Positions 25,322-38,832 of a DNA stretch of 64,000 nucleotides are shown here, in pieces; within the stretch, counting starts at the first letter, position 1, and every line of letters begins with the position of its first letter. The notes below the pieces were generated by a model. It saw only the letters and a program-made list of their open reading frames with translations, did not search any database and was not told the origin of the DNA. This DNA comes from Callorhinchus milii (Eukaryota), in NCBI RefSeq assembly GCF_018977255.1, contig NW_024704749.1, positions 14,632,001-14,696,000 on the forward strand, written 5' to 3'. Both the position numbers and the translations under genes were made by a program.

Positions 25322-25435
25322 AATAATAATCCCTCCAAAACTAAAAACGATAATAAATTGGTCATTTTCAATCTACGACTGTTTGTGGGACATTTCTGTG
25401 TGCAATTGGCTGCCGCGTTTGCCCACAAATATACA
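25322..25435 (+). mobile_element. Internal fragment of the young SINE (no head, no tail)
   Basis: Close match to 41831-41943. Confidence 0.9.
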
Positions 25436-26119
25436 CAAATATTTGAAGAAAAAGGGAGCGAGAGGTCACCAAGTGTTTTTAGAAAGGCCTGGGCTCTCTC
25501 ATGACATTTCCTTGGCACTGTAATCGATTCCCTGCAGGAAACAAACTCATTAATAATCCAGCCCTAGATGTCGCCACGTTGTACAAAGCAGGGTCAAAAG
25601 CGATGTGTGCAATATAAAATTTACATTTTAATTTTCGCTGCGGCTGGAAATCAAAAATAATTTCAACTCAGTGTTTCATTAATAATTTAACATTCATTTG
25701 ATCGGAGCTGGATATTGGAGATGACAGCTGACAAAGCTGCGGACAGGCAATTTAATGATGGAGAGGGAGCGTGACCAAGCGTAAAAATTAAACGCGGTAA
25801 TATTGCCACAAAGTGTCGACAATCCCTAATTTTGTCTTCCTTCCAAGAGCGCTGTTGAATGAGGGGAAATTCAAATCATCTGTGAATTTCAGGCGGTTGA
25901 AACAATACAGTCAGTGACCCACAGTCAGTGTCTTGCTCTGCAGCTCAATTCCTGCACAACGGCTTACAGCTGTCCACAGGATTTCTGCCCCGTCTTAACC
26001 CACAATAGACCAATTCATCTTAAAAATGTAAAAATGGTGCGAATTTCTCAATTTCCTTCTGAATTCAAGACCAATGAGAAAGAAATCACAACTGCCTTCC
26101 AGATATTTAACGAGGAGTA

Positions 26120-26304
26120 GGCCACAGATTCAATAGCTGCTTTCGAAAGGGAATTGGATATGTACTTGAAGAGGAAAAAATCTCCAGGGCTATGGGGGTA
26201 AGAGCGGGGGAGTGGGGACTAGTTGGTAGCTCTTTCAAAGAGCCGGCAAGGGCACGATGGGCCGAATGGCCTCATTCCGTGCTGTAAGATTCTATGATTC
26301 TATA
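26120..26304 (+). mobile_element. CR1 (HER1-like) LINE 3' end
   Basis: gggaattggatatgtacttgaag...gatgggccgaatggcctc...attctatgattctat, ending in the CR1-type octamer tail. Confidence 0.9.
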
Positions 26305-26609
26305 TAAGGGGTTGGAACAGAGAGGCTGAACTTGGACGCAGGACTCATTCAAGGGAAAACAAATTGTCGCTGTGATGCGGTGACATCCACGGCTGGATTA
26401 TTAACGAGAGTTTATGTCCTGGAGTGAATCAATTACAGCGCCAAGGAAATGTCATCATAGAGCCAAGTCTTTCCTTAAAACACTTGCTTCTCTCTCTCTT
26501 TATTTTTTTAAAAAATCAGCGTAATTTCCCAGGAGAACATTTCTCATTTCCTTAGAGTGTCTTTGTGTGTGACTTGAATCAATTTCTGTCGTTTATGCAA
26601 GATGGGTTC

Positions 26610-26830
26610 GGTTGAAGAAGGCTCTATCTGATCTCATCCTTCCACAACACCCACCCCACGGTTCTCCCATCACAGCATCAAGCTGTTTTTTCAAATGAGT
26701 TCCATCAACTTGGCCGCTAACACCTTTCCTGGCGACCTTGTTCAAGTCGTTAGTTATCCTCTGCATCAAGAAATCTTTTATATCTGTCCCGAAATTGCCC
26801 CTTTGAAACTCTAACCCTCTATCCTTTTGT
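26610..26830 (-). mobile_element. CR1 ORF2 C-terminal fragment
   Basis: Minus frame RGNFGTDIKDFLMQRITNDLNK...LKKQLD. Confidence 0.75.
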
Positions 26831-27475
26831 TTGACTGTCTTGGTGCGTCCTAAAGCACTGCTCTGGGTTTTGCTATTTCTCAAAGCAAATATAAAACTTT
26901 CTACACTAGCAATCTATTAATGGGGGCTTGTGGCGAAGATGGAGAATTTAATCGGCGAAGGGAACAGAGGAGCTGTGTTCAGATACAGGGGGCAAGTAAT
27001 GTTCGCAATTTGAGGAAATTGCGTGGAACTTAACTGAAGCTCTGGACAAGAAAATGAGCACATAACAAGCAGCCCACCAAAACACTGCAGGTACAGAGTA
27101 TTAGCTTCGATAATGAGACATTTCAAATAACATCTGTACATTTTGTAGCTTTGGAATACATTTAGCACTTCAGGAGTTGAAGGGACAACTTTCAGATTGG
27201 TGTCTGAATTAAGATTGCCTTTTCCGTGATGGCACAAGAATTTTTACGGATTTTTGATGGGGGGGTGGGAAGAGAGGAGAGAGGGCGCCAAGATTGTCCT
27301 GAAGAATTGTCAGGAGAGAACCAGTGACGAAACCGTACAAATCCAACGTAGGTACCTAGTTAGTGTAAAGGTTTGTGATGCAAAAGAAAATCTGCGTGGA
27401 TTTTGTGGATTATACAACTCCGGGGATTTGGAACGTGGTGATTTGCAGGGCTTTGTTAGCGAATTCATCGACCCA

Positions 27476-27565
27476 TGGCCCTAAAGCCAACTCACACTGA
27501 TCCTTTGGCCCTAAAGCCTACTCACACTGATCCTTTGGCCCTAAAGCCTGCTCACACTGATCCTT
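27476..27565. repeat. 30-bp tandem repeat, 3 copies
   Basis: Unit tggccctaaagccwrctcacactgatcctt repeated three times with no spacers. Confidence 0.95.
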
Positions 27566-27679
27566 CAAACCCAAGGTTGCTGCCTACCTCTGCCTGCCAC
27601 GTCCTAAAATCATGGAATGTAAGTAACCTCACAAAAGTAAGCCATTTGGCTCATCAAGTCAGCATTGCTGTATTACAGG

Positions 27680-27800
27680 ATGGCCCGTTTCACCCACACA
27701 CTACACAGGCATATCCACTGTACAAGTATGCTCTTTGACGCTCTTTCAGACGTCTCGACTACGTGATAAGGCGCTGTATCAAATGCAAGGATTATTATTT
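27680..27800 (+). mobile_element. SINE tail fragment
   Basis: gacgtctcgactacgtgataaggcgctgtatcaaatgcaaggattatt. Confidence 0.8.
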
Positions 27801-28764
27801 CTTGTTATATTATTATGTTCCGCTTGACACAACTAGTCCAATCCCAATCTCCAACCCCATCCCCATTCCCTTTAATATTCTTCTTTCTCAACCGTTCAGT
27901 TGGTCGTAACAGCATTGACGACCAAAATGAATGTGTCACTTTTCAAAGATTTTTTTTTAAATCAGAAAATTAAAAGCTGCTGTTTAATTTTTTTTGAGCC
28001 AAGTCAGTCCGATTGCCCTTGCGGGCGGAGTTTTTGGGGGAGGACAATTTAGATACAAACGAAGTATGAGAAGAAGGCAATCATAAGTAATTTCCTGAGT
28101 GCAGGAGATGGCAATGATTTAAGGACCAATTTTTAAAATTGACAATTACAGTCCTTTTTGGAGTTTTTAAAAAACACGAGCCAAACCTCCAGCAAACGTT
28201 CACCGGTATTGGTATTTTCTTTATTTTTCGGTTTGTCAAAGTGAACACGGAAAACAGGAATCCTCTTGAGAAAGGACGTATTAGATTTACAAGAGCTATT
28301 CAGCCCCTCTCAGCGCCACTCTATCCAATATGCATGTAGTTTGCACTGTCACAGGCTCCCATCTGACTCCTGAGTCAGATGAAGAAGGGCAGGTTTACCA
28401 TCCAAGTCGATAAAACTTATGAAATTCCCTGAAAACAGTGCAGTGAAAAATCCAGGATAATAATGGAACGTTTGTATTCCTTGATGATAGCGAGAGAGAG
28501 AGAGAGATACACACTTCTCCCTCAGAAAGGGGGAACTCAGCAGGACAGAATTCAACGTTTGCCTGCAGTATTGGACCACTTAAGTTGTACGATCTCAATC
28601 CAATTTGTATTCAAACACAACGTGCTCCGTTCCAGGCAACACAGCAGGAACCACTTTTGATGGAAATTCTCGCTCTGTGCAAATGCCCCTGCCCCAAGAG
28701 CCTGGCCCATAATCTTTCATTTAAGTCTCAACGCTATTCTCACTTCACAAGTTTGCAATCACAG

Positions 28765-28850
28765 ATGAAGGAAGCCCTTCGGCCCAATTGATCTCGTCCT
28801 TCCAGAATACCCGCCCACCAGACTCCGATTACAGCGTCAAGCTGTGCCTT
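28765..28850 (-). mobile_element. CR1-type 3' end
   Basis: gaagcccttcggcccaattgatctcgtccttccagaatacc. Confidence 0.65.
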
Positions 28851-29469
28851 ATTGAGTCACATTCCATCTTAAACCAATATTCCCTTACCCACAAGTTCTG
28901 AAATTATAGTTCAGTTGATTCCCAGTTTACACTGGAGACTTTGATGTCTGAAATAGATCTGTTAATATTATCAATTGGATCTACACATAGCTATTTTTAT
29001 ATTTATGCTTTCTCGTTTTAAAATAAACAAGTCTCTCATTTGATAAACCACCTTATGACAGCATCCAAACGAATCAAAGTGCTTCACGGATTTTTCTGGC
29101 AAAGTGTAGTGACTGTGTATTTGTAGGCCAGTGACTCGCAGCTGGATCTTTGCAAACATGGAGGACTCTTCTTTTTTAAAAGTTCAATAACGTCTTGCTC
29201 AATGTTTATTTCTTCACTGCAAACCAGTTCCGTTCCGAGGCCCCTCTTCGATACGTTCAAGACTCGAGTCTCTCAACAGTTGCTAGTTGCTTCTTTTCTC
29301 AACTGTCATACCCCAAAGTCCTTGAAGTCTGCCATTGAATCGTGTTAAAATCACTGCGTATTGGACCTGACTGTCTGGGTGCTCAGTAAATGGTGAATAA
29401 TCACATCCAAATACTCTTGCTTTTCCACCTCAACCAATGGCTAATGCGCACATATGCTTCTTTAACTAA

Positions 29470-29700
29470 GAATATATTACCTTCCATTTATCTACATTAC
29501 AAACCATCTGCAGTGTCTTGGACCAGCTGCCTAATTCATCCAAAGTTCTTGGAATCTTTTCAACCCCTCCTGTGCTGGTGAAATTGGCCTTCATCTCATT
29601 GTCATGAATAAGCTTCATCATATTACTGGAAGTATTCCCTGCCATATTGTTCTGGAACAATGTAGATGTAAATTGGACTCCAAACAGGCTGTGCCCCAAG
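29470..29700 (-). mobile_element. Ancient CR1 reverse transcriptase fragment
   Basis: Minus frame ...SSNMMKLIHDNEMK...LDELGSWSKTLQMVCNVDKWKVI matches the CR1 RT region KFADDTKL...LDRLGEWA..WQMKFNVDKCKV; the catalytic DD is lost. Confidence 0.7.
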
Positions 29701-30447
29701 AGGGAAAGCCTTATCCAGTCAATACCGTTTGCTTTGTTTGCGCAGAGAATAATTGGCTACTGCAATGGCTTAGCTGGAGGAATGCTCGAGGCTAGGATGC
29801 TGCAATGGCTGGATGGAAGGGCGGGTATTCTAGACAGATGAGATCAAGTGGTGCCTTCTTCATCCCAACTTCTCTTGTGATCTTTTGTTGTTTGGCTAAC
29901 GTAAAAATCATGCTCGCCATTTTGCAGTGTCAATGCTTTGACTTTCATCTCCCAAATTGCATTCAATTCCTCCTGAAAAGTCAAGTCCATTAGAATATTT
30001 GGGCTGGGGCTGGCTGGCCTTTCTCCAACAAAAAAAAACCACTCGCAATAGATGGGTTTCGTTTGAACTACTGCTTCCAAAACCAATGTTGACTGCCCCT
30101 TGTGAGGTCTGTACTCTTACATTAATAATACTGAGCAAATATTGTTGCTTTTCTTTACCTGAATTCTCTCGCTTCAGGTATTACGATAAACGGTTTGGAA
30201 TTTGATAGATTTATTTGCAGTCTTTTTGGAATATCTGCTTGCTTGCGCTGTTCTCCAGTCCTCAGGTGCATTTTGTCGTGATTGGCGTTCTAACAATGTC
30301 GTTCTCGGGCTCCCCCCCACCCACTCTCCTCGCTTCATTGAGATTCTTGAGTGATGTTTCCTTTTCAATTTCTTCGCGTTTTCTTGGTGATTGATCTCCT
30401 TACAAGTTCCAAGCATTCATAAAGCCTTACGTTCTGACAATATCGAT

Positions 30448-30695
30448 GTGTCAGGCTGGCTCACTGGAAGCAATCTCGCCTCAGAGTCAGAACATTGTGG
30501 GTTCGTGCCCCATGTCGGGACTGCCTGTTCAGTTGGACATTAAATATCCCGTGACACTGATGGAAAAGAGAAGGGAGTTTCTCTCTCCTGGTGTCCCTGG
30601 CCAACAATCCCCCTAATAAAAATCGGTCACTCACGCCGTGGCTGTTTGTGGGACACTGCCGTGTAGAAACTGGTTGCCATGCTTTGCCCACAAGA
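30448..30695 (+). mobile_element. SacSINE1-like DeuSINE with internal deletion
   Basis: tgtcaggctggctcactgg...tctcgcctcagagtcagaacattgtgggttcg...gctgtttgtgggacactgc. Confidence 0.85.
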
Positions 30696-31784
30696 CACGT
30701 AGTTTTATGGTAACTTTATCAAATCAGGGATTTCTTTCACAGAAATTTTCGACTGGTCACCAGCTTTCTTTATCAAAGAAACATTAAGCAATCGATCCCC
30801 AGTCATAACTCGGGTGATACTCTCACCTCTTCTTGCTCACCACAAGCCGAGAATAAAGTTTCGGAGAGAGGCAGAATGAAACTTTCCAATTGGAAAAAAA
30901 AGTCGCTGCCGTACAATCAAGGGAACAGCTCACCAATTTACCGACTCATGTATATTTGAACTGCTGTAATTGAGTGGCTGGTTGCTGAGAACAATTGCAT
31001 TAGAGAGTTCATCAAACTGCCTTTTGAATCATTCAGCATAGGAACCAGCACCAGACAGTCAGCGGGTCCACAAAAAACAATGACTATTAAAATGGACTCC
31101 ACACGGCTTGGACGTCTGAAAATGTTCTCTTAATTGAGCACTTGGTCCTCAAAGGACGCAAAGTCGATACACAAGCCAACATTTCTTTCGAGTGCTGCAA
31201 CAACCCGTACGGATATTTCCTCTCCCCACCCAGAGATCAGGAAATATCAGCAACGCTCATAAATCAACACTTCAGTTTTGAGCCTACGATGGGTTCCCCC
31301 AAAACATTAGCTCTAACCAACTGCGTCTGCTCAATAAAAAAGAGGTATTGAAAAATATTTCGACTTAATAAGTAAACTCCTGTTAGCTCGTCATGGCAAG
31401 GGAAAAGGACTCGGTGCCTAGTTTGACATATTTAGAAATATGCAAATAAAGGCAACCGAGATATTGACATCTTGGTGACCTAAATGGTAGTGAGTGCCAA
31501 GTTAGGCCAGGTTCGAGCTATCAGGGGTTTGCTGTACATTGCACTTGACGCGTCAAAGATGAAACATCTGAGAGGGTGATTGTGGGCATCAGACAGACCA
31601 CTACATGTACACGAGACTCCCATTGAACATGGGTCCAGGTGAGAATCCGTCACAGGTTTCCAATCTGTCAACCTTTAGCTATCGCGAGGTTGAAAAGGCT
31701 TGCGCGTCTGGCACTGAGTGCTGACTCACACTCGGGTGACCAGCGTTTATTTCACCTGTTCTAACACCAGCCTGACCCCATCGG

Positions 31785-31890
31785 GTTTCCAGACATGAAT
31801 TACCGCCTGGGTAAAGAAATACTTCCGAACGCCTGTGCCTGAAATTGCCTTTCTGCCGAACTGAACTCCTGTCCTCTTGTTCTGCTGTGT
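31785..31890 (-). mobile_element. CR1 ORF2 C-terminal fragment
   Basis: Minus frame GVRKYFFTQAVIHVWK resembles CR1 RKHFFTQRVVNVWN. Confidence 0.75.
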
Positions 31891-32419
31891 TGGTATATCT
31901 GTCAGTATCATTTTAGGTTTATTGTTAGAACAAAGGAGAGAGAGAAACAAAATTACTCAGAGATAACGAAACTGGTACACCTGATACCATCAGTGTTTAT
32001 TATCAGCCTAATTCAACTGGAAAGTGATTGGTACGCAAAGGCAATTTGTTAAAACCCAGATTATCAAATTGTTTATTTGAGTATAGGTTTCTGGCACTGA
32101 ATCGTGATTCAGCGGAAAATGATATATAATAAAAGGAAAAAAACACATAGAATCCACGGATCAACAAATCATCGAAATTAAAAACATGCCTTCGCACTCA
32201 AAACAAGATTGCCTCCTGCCAGAGAGCAGTGAGGCCTGAGGGGGTGCGGTTGCCATGATCACCAGTTGCATTTACAGACAATATACTCACTCGGGTTTCA
32301 ACCTCTTAAACTGAAATCATGGCGCGCGGCCATTTTGAGAGTGTTTGCAACAGATTCGCACTTATACGAGATAACGCACTCGGCCCTGAGCAATATCAAC
32401 CTGTCTTGCTCCTCTCCAA

Positions 32420-32590
32420 GACAACACAATACGCGTTTGCATTTATACAGCGCCTTTTCAGGTCAGAAAAATCTCCCAAAGCTAACTAGCTGACTAGGTA
32501 CCCGAGCTGAGGAGGGTGGGGGCAGAGAAAGATGTTCGAAGGCTCAGTGGAAGAGGTAGGTCTTGAGATGGACCTTAGGAGAGGGAGTCA
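32420..32590 (-). mobile_element. L2 3' fragment
   Basis: ttgcatttatacagcgccttttca...cccgagctgagg...gaagaggtaggtcttgagatggacctt. Confidence 0.7.
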
Positions 32591-33189
32591 GAGAGAGAGA
32601 GAGAGAGAGAGAGTCAGACAAACTGACATTTTCAAGCGGACATGGAGCGCTTGCAGATTGAGTTGATATATTCTTAAGCATTGTGATGGGTTTCAGCATG
32701 CCAGACATAAGGCTGCGCAACAACAAAAAAAAAATCTCAATAAGAAATATGATACGAATCCGATCTCTCTGTTCACTTCCAGCACCATAAATCAAGCCTG
32801 GAAATGTAGCACGAAGAGGCGATTTGCAAACTCGTTTTACTGCGTTAATCTTCTACACAAGTTTGGTCAGAATTTACATCAGACAAGATACTCCTCAGGT
32901 GACTACCCGGGCGTTCATCTTTCCAGGTCAATAATGTCACAGTTGGCTCTGCATATGTCTCCTTTGCTCGCCTCGATCAAGGTAATTTGGATTGATGACA
33001 TCCTAAATCGACTTGAATCAGATCCAGAAATAGCGACAGGAACACATTCAATCCAGAGAAAGCACAAGGCTTTAACTTTAACTCCTTAAACACATCCACA
33101 GGTTCTGTGCGATTTCAGCCTATTTTCCCATAAGGTGGAAAAATACTAGTCTTGGGGAAATAACGCTACTCACAATACCAGAAGTATGA

Positions 33190-33530
33190 GCCTGGTTCGG
33201 GTGGTGGCACTCTCACCTCTGAATCAAAAAATTGTGAATTCAACCTCCGCCTCATCAGGACCGTGAACTCTAGACTGACAAAACAGTGCTAGGTCTGTGC
33301 TGCATTGCTGGAGGTGCTGTCATTGGGATCAGACATTATTCACTTCATGGCTTTTCGTGGGACCTGGTTGTGCACAAATTGCTTTTCGTCTACACAATAC
33401 ACAGTCACTATACTTTACAATAAATCCTGTGCTTCGATGGCACTGCTCCAAAAGAGAATGGAGTTTCTCCCGGTGTCTGAACTAACGCATACAATTGATA
33501 TTCACTTCATTGCTGTTTACGGGACAGTTG
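33190..33530 (+). mobile_element. Rearranged or composite DeuSINE
   Basis: Order is head, partial body, tail piece, then a Deu middle segment (gatggcactgctccaaaagagaatggagtttctcccggtgtc). Confidence 0.7.
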
Positions 33531-33554
33531 GCCTATAAATTAATCATCAATAGC

Positions 33555-33650
33555 TGGGCAACCATTACCTGTGGGTAAATAAACACTTCCTGGTGTCTGC
33601 CCTGAAATTGCCCTTTGCAACTCAAAACCTGTGTCCTATTGTGTTCTATA
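33555..33650 (-). mobile_element. CR1 ORF2 fragment
   Basis: cctgtgggtaaataaacacttcctggtgtctgccctgaaattgccctttgcaactc; same region as 31785-31890. Confidence 0.7.
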
Positions 33651-36600
33651 ATGCTGAAGATTTTCTAAAACAATAACTTGCATTTATGCAACCCTGTTTC
33701 TCGTGCACAAACGTCTCGAAGCCTTTTACAAAAACCTAATTGATGAGACAAAAGTCCACACTGTTTATGCATTCTTATGCATTGGCGACAGGTTGATCTC
33801 TGTTCTATTAATGTCCCAGGAAACACGAATGAGATAAGCAACCTATTGAATCGAAATTTCAGAAATAAATTTAGATTAAAATCCTCCTTTTTGGGGCATA
33901 CTTCAATTCACCTCAACAACAAAGCATATTCCCTTGCTATGGACATGAAATAAGCTCATGAATCATTATTAGATTCAATTTTTTTTCAATACAACACCTT
34001 CTCCAATGTCGTTTAGAGGTCACGTAATGAAGCAAAATGTCTCGAACAATGCTCTTCCATTATGGTTTTAGGAACTCATTTTAAAAGTGAACTCATCACC
34101 ACATTGCAGCAATTGCAGTATCATAACTTAATATGCTTTCATGTAATGGCATATATGATTGCGTTGCATTTTCCTCTAACCAGTTACTCCGGTTAGGCCA
34201 TGGTTGGGCAGATTTTGTATTGGTTTCCAAATCGCGAAGCGCGAGAATAAATGACAAACCGTAAGGGAACGTTCCAGAGAATGCAAAAGCCGATGGAACA
34301 GACACCTCTAAATGTTAGAGGGACACCACTCTGTGGAGGGTGGGGGCTTGGCAGACAAAATTTGCAACGACACAAATTGCAGGGGACACGATGAATGTGT
34401 ATTTCAATGCAAGTTGTGTCGCGGAGATAAAAGTGATGCACAGCCCTACTGGCTCCTCCAGGCTCCACCGTCAGAATAAGAAAGGTTTGTCAGCTGTTAT
34501 CTTTGGCCCGAGGCAACGCGTCGTTAGATCAGGCAAAGTGAAACATTTCCAACATGCTTGCAAACTCCCAAATGCTTCGAAAGTGAGATTTTTTTTTTGT
34601 TTTGGGATGCAACTAATGGATCAAGCTAGCTGGGAAGGACACCTCACCATCTGGACGCACATCTGTTTGGGCCAGATGACCAAATGTTCTGAGTCATGGG
34701 ACAATTTCAGTCTGTAGTAATTAAGCACTCCTCAAATTTCACTTAACTATTACATCAATTCTTTTTCATTAAAAACATAATACTCCCCGCACAACAGTTT
34801 CTTGCTCATGGCAACTTTTTTTGTTTTAAAGTTCTCTTTATTCAACCATTTTCACAATTGGTCTTTCTCCCTCTCTATGTCTCTCCACTTCTCTTGCCTC
34901 CCCTCCTCCCAATCCAAGCTCCAGTTTCTATTAACTTGCTCTTCTTTCCCTTTCATGATATTACCCCTGGTTCCAATTGCTCCCTGAGCTCGTCTCATTA
35001 TTTTTGCTCCACGATTTCATTTTGCTGACCTGTCAAATTGCCATGAAGTTACCAATTTACTGGGCTCCTATAATGGCTTTGTGAGTTTGCTCCATGAATA
35101 GCTGAGTCAGAAGGTCCTGCAAAGCACCTCGGCTCAGTCTCTGACCTCTGCAGGAATTAAGTGATCTCAGTTAAAGCGTGAGGATTGGCCTCAATATCCC
35201 ATGGTTGTCAAAGTGGGTGTGTGTGAAGGCTGGTGGGCAATTCAGTCGGGCTCCTCGTCGCAGTTAAACAACGCTGCTCAAAGTGCACATACGCATGAGA
35301 CACCATCAGGCTTGAGTGCAATATCCTGACAATATTCATATCCCCCAAGTTAAGGTCCCTTGTGCAAGATGCCAAGACCTTGTCCATCTCCCAGGGGACT
35401 GAACTTCAGTCAAAGGAAAAGGAGTTAGGAGTTCCTTGCAAGAGAAGACTTTTTTAAAAAAATAAAGTAATCAATTTCTGAAGGTTGCCCAAATTATTCC
35501 AGCCATTTAAGCAATTGCCATAAATCTGATCGTTCATCCTCCACTTGCATCGTGTTAGCACGTCAGTGTCCACACCAATAAAATCTGCTTTATTTTCAAT
35601 GAATCAGTCAAATGCCACGCAAATACTTCAGGTAATTAGAACAGTAAAGAGAGCGGCACATCTTCAAAGTCTCCTCTTCTCCGTTTTTCCAAGAGGAAGA
35701 GAGATCTGGTGCCGTTCGCCAGATCACGTTCTGTTTCTGCTTGCCACGTGCTTGGCATTTTATGGCTATTTTGGGGGACATTGCTGGGTGCAAATTGGCT
35801 GCCGCTTTCATCCAGAAAATACAGTCACTACACTTCGCACTTACAAATCCTGCGAAGCGCTTTTCCTGTAATATTGCCAAAGGTTATTTCATTGAAAGCT
35901 CAGGAAATCAGAGTGTGAAGAACTGGATGTATGACTGGTGAGTGCACGAATAGTTTGTGGCACACGTGTGTTGGACTGTGCACGTGTGAACACTTTTGTG
36001 CATGCGTATGCGTGTGACAAGCGTGCATTGGACATTAACTTTCACAAAGTGCTACATAGTAATCATTCAGCGGAGTGAGATGGCCTGGGCAAGTGAAGGC
36101 AAACCTAACAGAAAACTAACTTAAACCTACATCCATTATCTCAAGATGATTTGCATCACTTTAGCAGCCAGTCAGGCAGAACCATCAAGGCGATCTGCTT
36201 AAAGTCTGCTGTAGTCAGAGTTAAACACAGCAGCTGGAGAAATCACTCATCAGGAAATGGACATACAAGTGAGATATTAAGACACACAGCGCCGAAGGGG
36301 ATGTAAAGCTTGAATATGGAATAAAATTAAGGCTGAAGTTATAATTAGTCACAATTTTAGTGCCCTGCAGAACTAAGCATCTGGTGAGAGACACACCAAC
36401 CAGGAATACGGAGATCACAATAGAAGACTGCTATTTAATTGGGAAACACGGTGTGAGAAACGGTTTGGCAGAATATACTGATCCAAGGTCATGATCCTAA
36501 ACAAGACTTGATGGTTCCAACCCAATATCAACTCTTCTATGTGCAGATACAAACCAGTGAGCTTTATGTTGCAAGAAAACACGTTAGATATCTAGTAATC

Positions 36601-36739
36601 TGAGATCTTTCTGCTGTGCAAATTGGATATTCTGCTGATCTCCAGTTGATTGTAAAGTCTAACCTGGAGTGCTTTGAGCCACACGGTCTTGATAGATAGC
36701 AGGGTGTGACATTGGATACTGAATAGTAATATTATAATA

Positions 36740-36850
36740 ATATTAATAATCCTTGCATTTGATATGGCGCCTTAGCACATCTTCAAGACGTCTCAAAGCA
36801 TTTCACAGAATGTACTGTGAATCTTTGTGGGTGAAACATAGCAGCCAATT
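36740..36850 (-). mobile_element. SINE tail fragment
   Basis: aataatccttgcatttgatatggcgccttagcacatcttcaagacgtctcaaagc. Confidence 0.85.
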
Positions 36851-37954
36851 ACTCCCAGTGAGGGGGAATGGTTGTACGTGTATGTGTGTGAAAGGCCTCC
36901 AATTCAGAAGCCGTGTTGCTTTGAGTCATGGAGTTCTGTATCTCATGTTGAAGGAATACGACACAGCAACTCCTGAGCACTTAGTGAGTGAGTACCTTTC
37001 TGCTCAGATTTAAAAGGACATTATTGGCTTGCATTTAAGTCTCCTCACTCGATACACAGGAAAGCAAACAGCAGCAAACACAATGAACTCAGCCTGGGAA
37101 GCAGTCACGTAACCATGATGAAGTCTTCTCTGCCATCAGAAGAAAGAACGAGGAGAGAGATTTTTCTGCAGGTCTAACGCGTTAGCCCGGGCTGTAATTA
37201 TATGGTGACAATAATGCTTCAGGCAAAATCTCAGGAAATGGATCCATTTTGACAGGCTGCCAAAGCCTGAACAATGAAGAGATGTACCATAAACACTTAC
37301 AGAAGCAACTTCCAAACAAGCTTTGTGCACTTCGGGAGAAGTGCACATTAATAGCACGGCAAGGTGGCAACGAGAAAAAAGTTCTATTCAGTCCGAAAGG
37401 GATCAATACTCTGAGAAACTTGCAAAATACGTGCTGGTATCGAACTTTCTAAATATGCACAAATGCGCTTCAATTTATATTGAATTCAAGGCACAACAAA
37501 AAGGAAAAATGCAATCCATACATTGTGATTACTCCCTGATAGTCCTTCATTGACATTTTGCAATTTTTACTCTGGAAAAATGGGGCTTGGAATGGTCGAT
37601 GACGCCTCAGTTTAAACATAATTATAGCTTCCAAATGCAAAGGTACCGTATCGTATTGTCACTTAAACGGAATTAGAAGAAAACTTTGTACTATTTAACT
37701 TATGAAGAGCATTGAATAGATTATTCGCTGTAGAGCTTTTCAAAGCATTCAGTACAAAGTGCAATGATTGTATTTTTTTCAAGGGAAAGCAGCCGGCAAT
37801 TTGCACACAGCAATTTCTCTCACCAACAGTCCCGAAGTGAGTGACCAATTTTAATCTGGGGGAATTTGAAAAGTGCTCACATGACAAACCACTGCACCTC
37901 TTGAAGTTATGCTCAAAGAGTTTGTGGAGTTCCGCAGCGAATTAGAGTACAGAC

Positions 37955-38345
37955 CATAGATATTCACAGCACTCAAGCTATTTTGCCCATGGCTTTCAGG
38001 CTCATTGAAAGAGCAATCTGTTCAGACCCATTTACCCGCTTTTTTCCAATACCCCTGCAAATGACTCCTCTTTAGATATCTATCTATTTTCTCTTGAAAA
38101 CTAATTTGGAATCTTCCTCGACCACCTCACCAGGCAAAGCATTCCGCATCCTAACTAGCCTCTGTGTAATGAAAAAAAAACTCATAATCTCCCCCTTTTC
38201 TAATTATCTTAAATTGATGCCCTCTAGTCAACTGACTCCCCAACCAGTGGAAATAATTCCTCCCCGTCAACTCTGCCCAAACCCCTCATAATTGTAAAGA
38301 CCTCAATCAGGTCTCCTCTCAAGCTTCTGTGTTCCAATAAACATA
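37955..38345 (-). mobile_element. CR1 (HER1-like) LINE 3' fragment
   Basis: accacctcaccaggcaaagcattccgcatcctaac...cccctcataattgtaaagacctcaatcaggtctcctctcaagcttct (RRLRGDLIEVF on the minus strand). Confidence 0.85.
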
Positions 38346-38689
38346 GGCACAAGTTCCTCTCGTTTTCATACAGAGGTCAAAGCACAAGAGACACAAATCA
38401 TACTTGAAATCACAGCCTCACTGAAACCTTCATAAATAAACCTACCTCATTCCGTTACTGTTGCCTTGGCTCTCAGCTTGTGAGTAGGCGTTTCACCCCG
38501 ACAGCTACATTTTGGACAATCCCAACAAACAAATAAAGTAAGGGAAATCTCGGCATCGTTCATTGCACTGCGAACTTCTCTCTTTACGCTGAAAGTCTCG
38601 GAGTTAAACATATTGTACAGTATTTCTACAGAACGATCATAAATTATTGGATCACCAATGAATCGAAATCTGCTTGACCCCTCTGACCC

Positions 38690-38832
38690 CGTTTTCAGGT
38701 CGCGCTTGAAGGCCTACCTTTTCGACCGTATCTTCCTCCCACCCACCTCGGCTCAGTGACATGCACCGCCACCGTCAAGTAAATCTAAGACGCCATCGCG
38801 CGTGAGTGGTGCTACACCAATGCGGGTTGTTG
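38690..38832 (+). mobile_element. L2 3' fragment (degraded)
   Basis: ttcaggtcgcgcttgaaggcctaccttttcgaccgt (FRSRLKAYLFDR) followed by a degraded tail ending gttgttg. Confidence 0.7.

Noticed and set aside
27476-27565. CRISPR-like array
   Set aside because: Head-to-tail units with no spacers, no cas genes, and a vertebrate context.
29466-29699. Functional or domesticated reverse transcriptase
   Set aside because: Short, heavily decayed CR1 piece in which the catalytic aspartate pair is not preserved.
30159-30388. Possible minus-strand coding exon ending CAG|GTAAAG
   Set aside because: No convincing polypyrimidine acceptor, and frames close unless a weak site is used.
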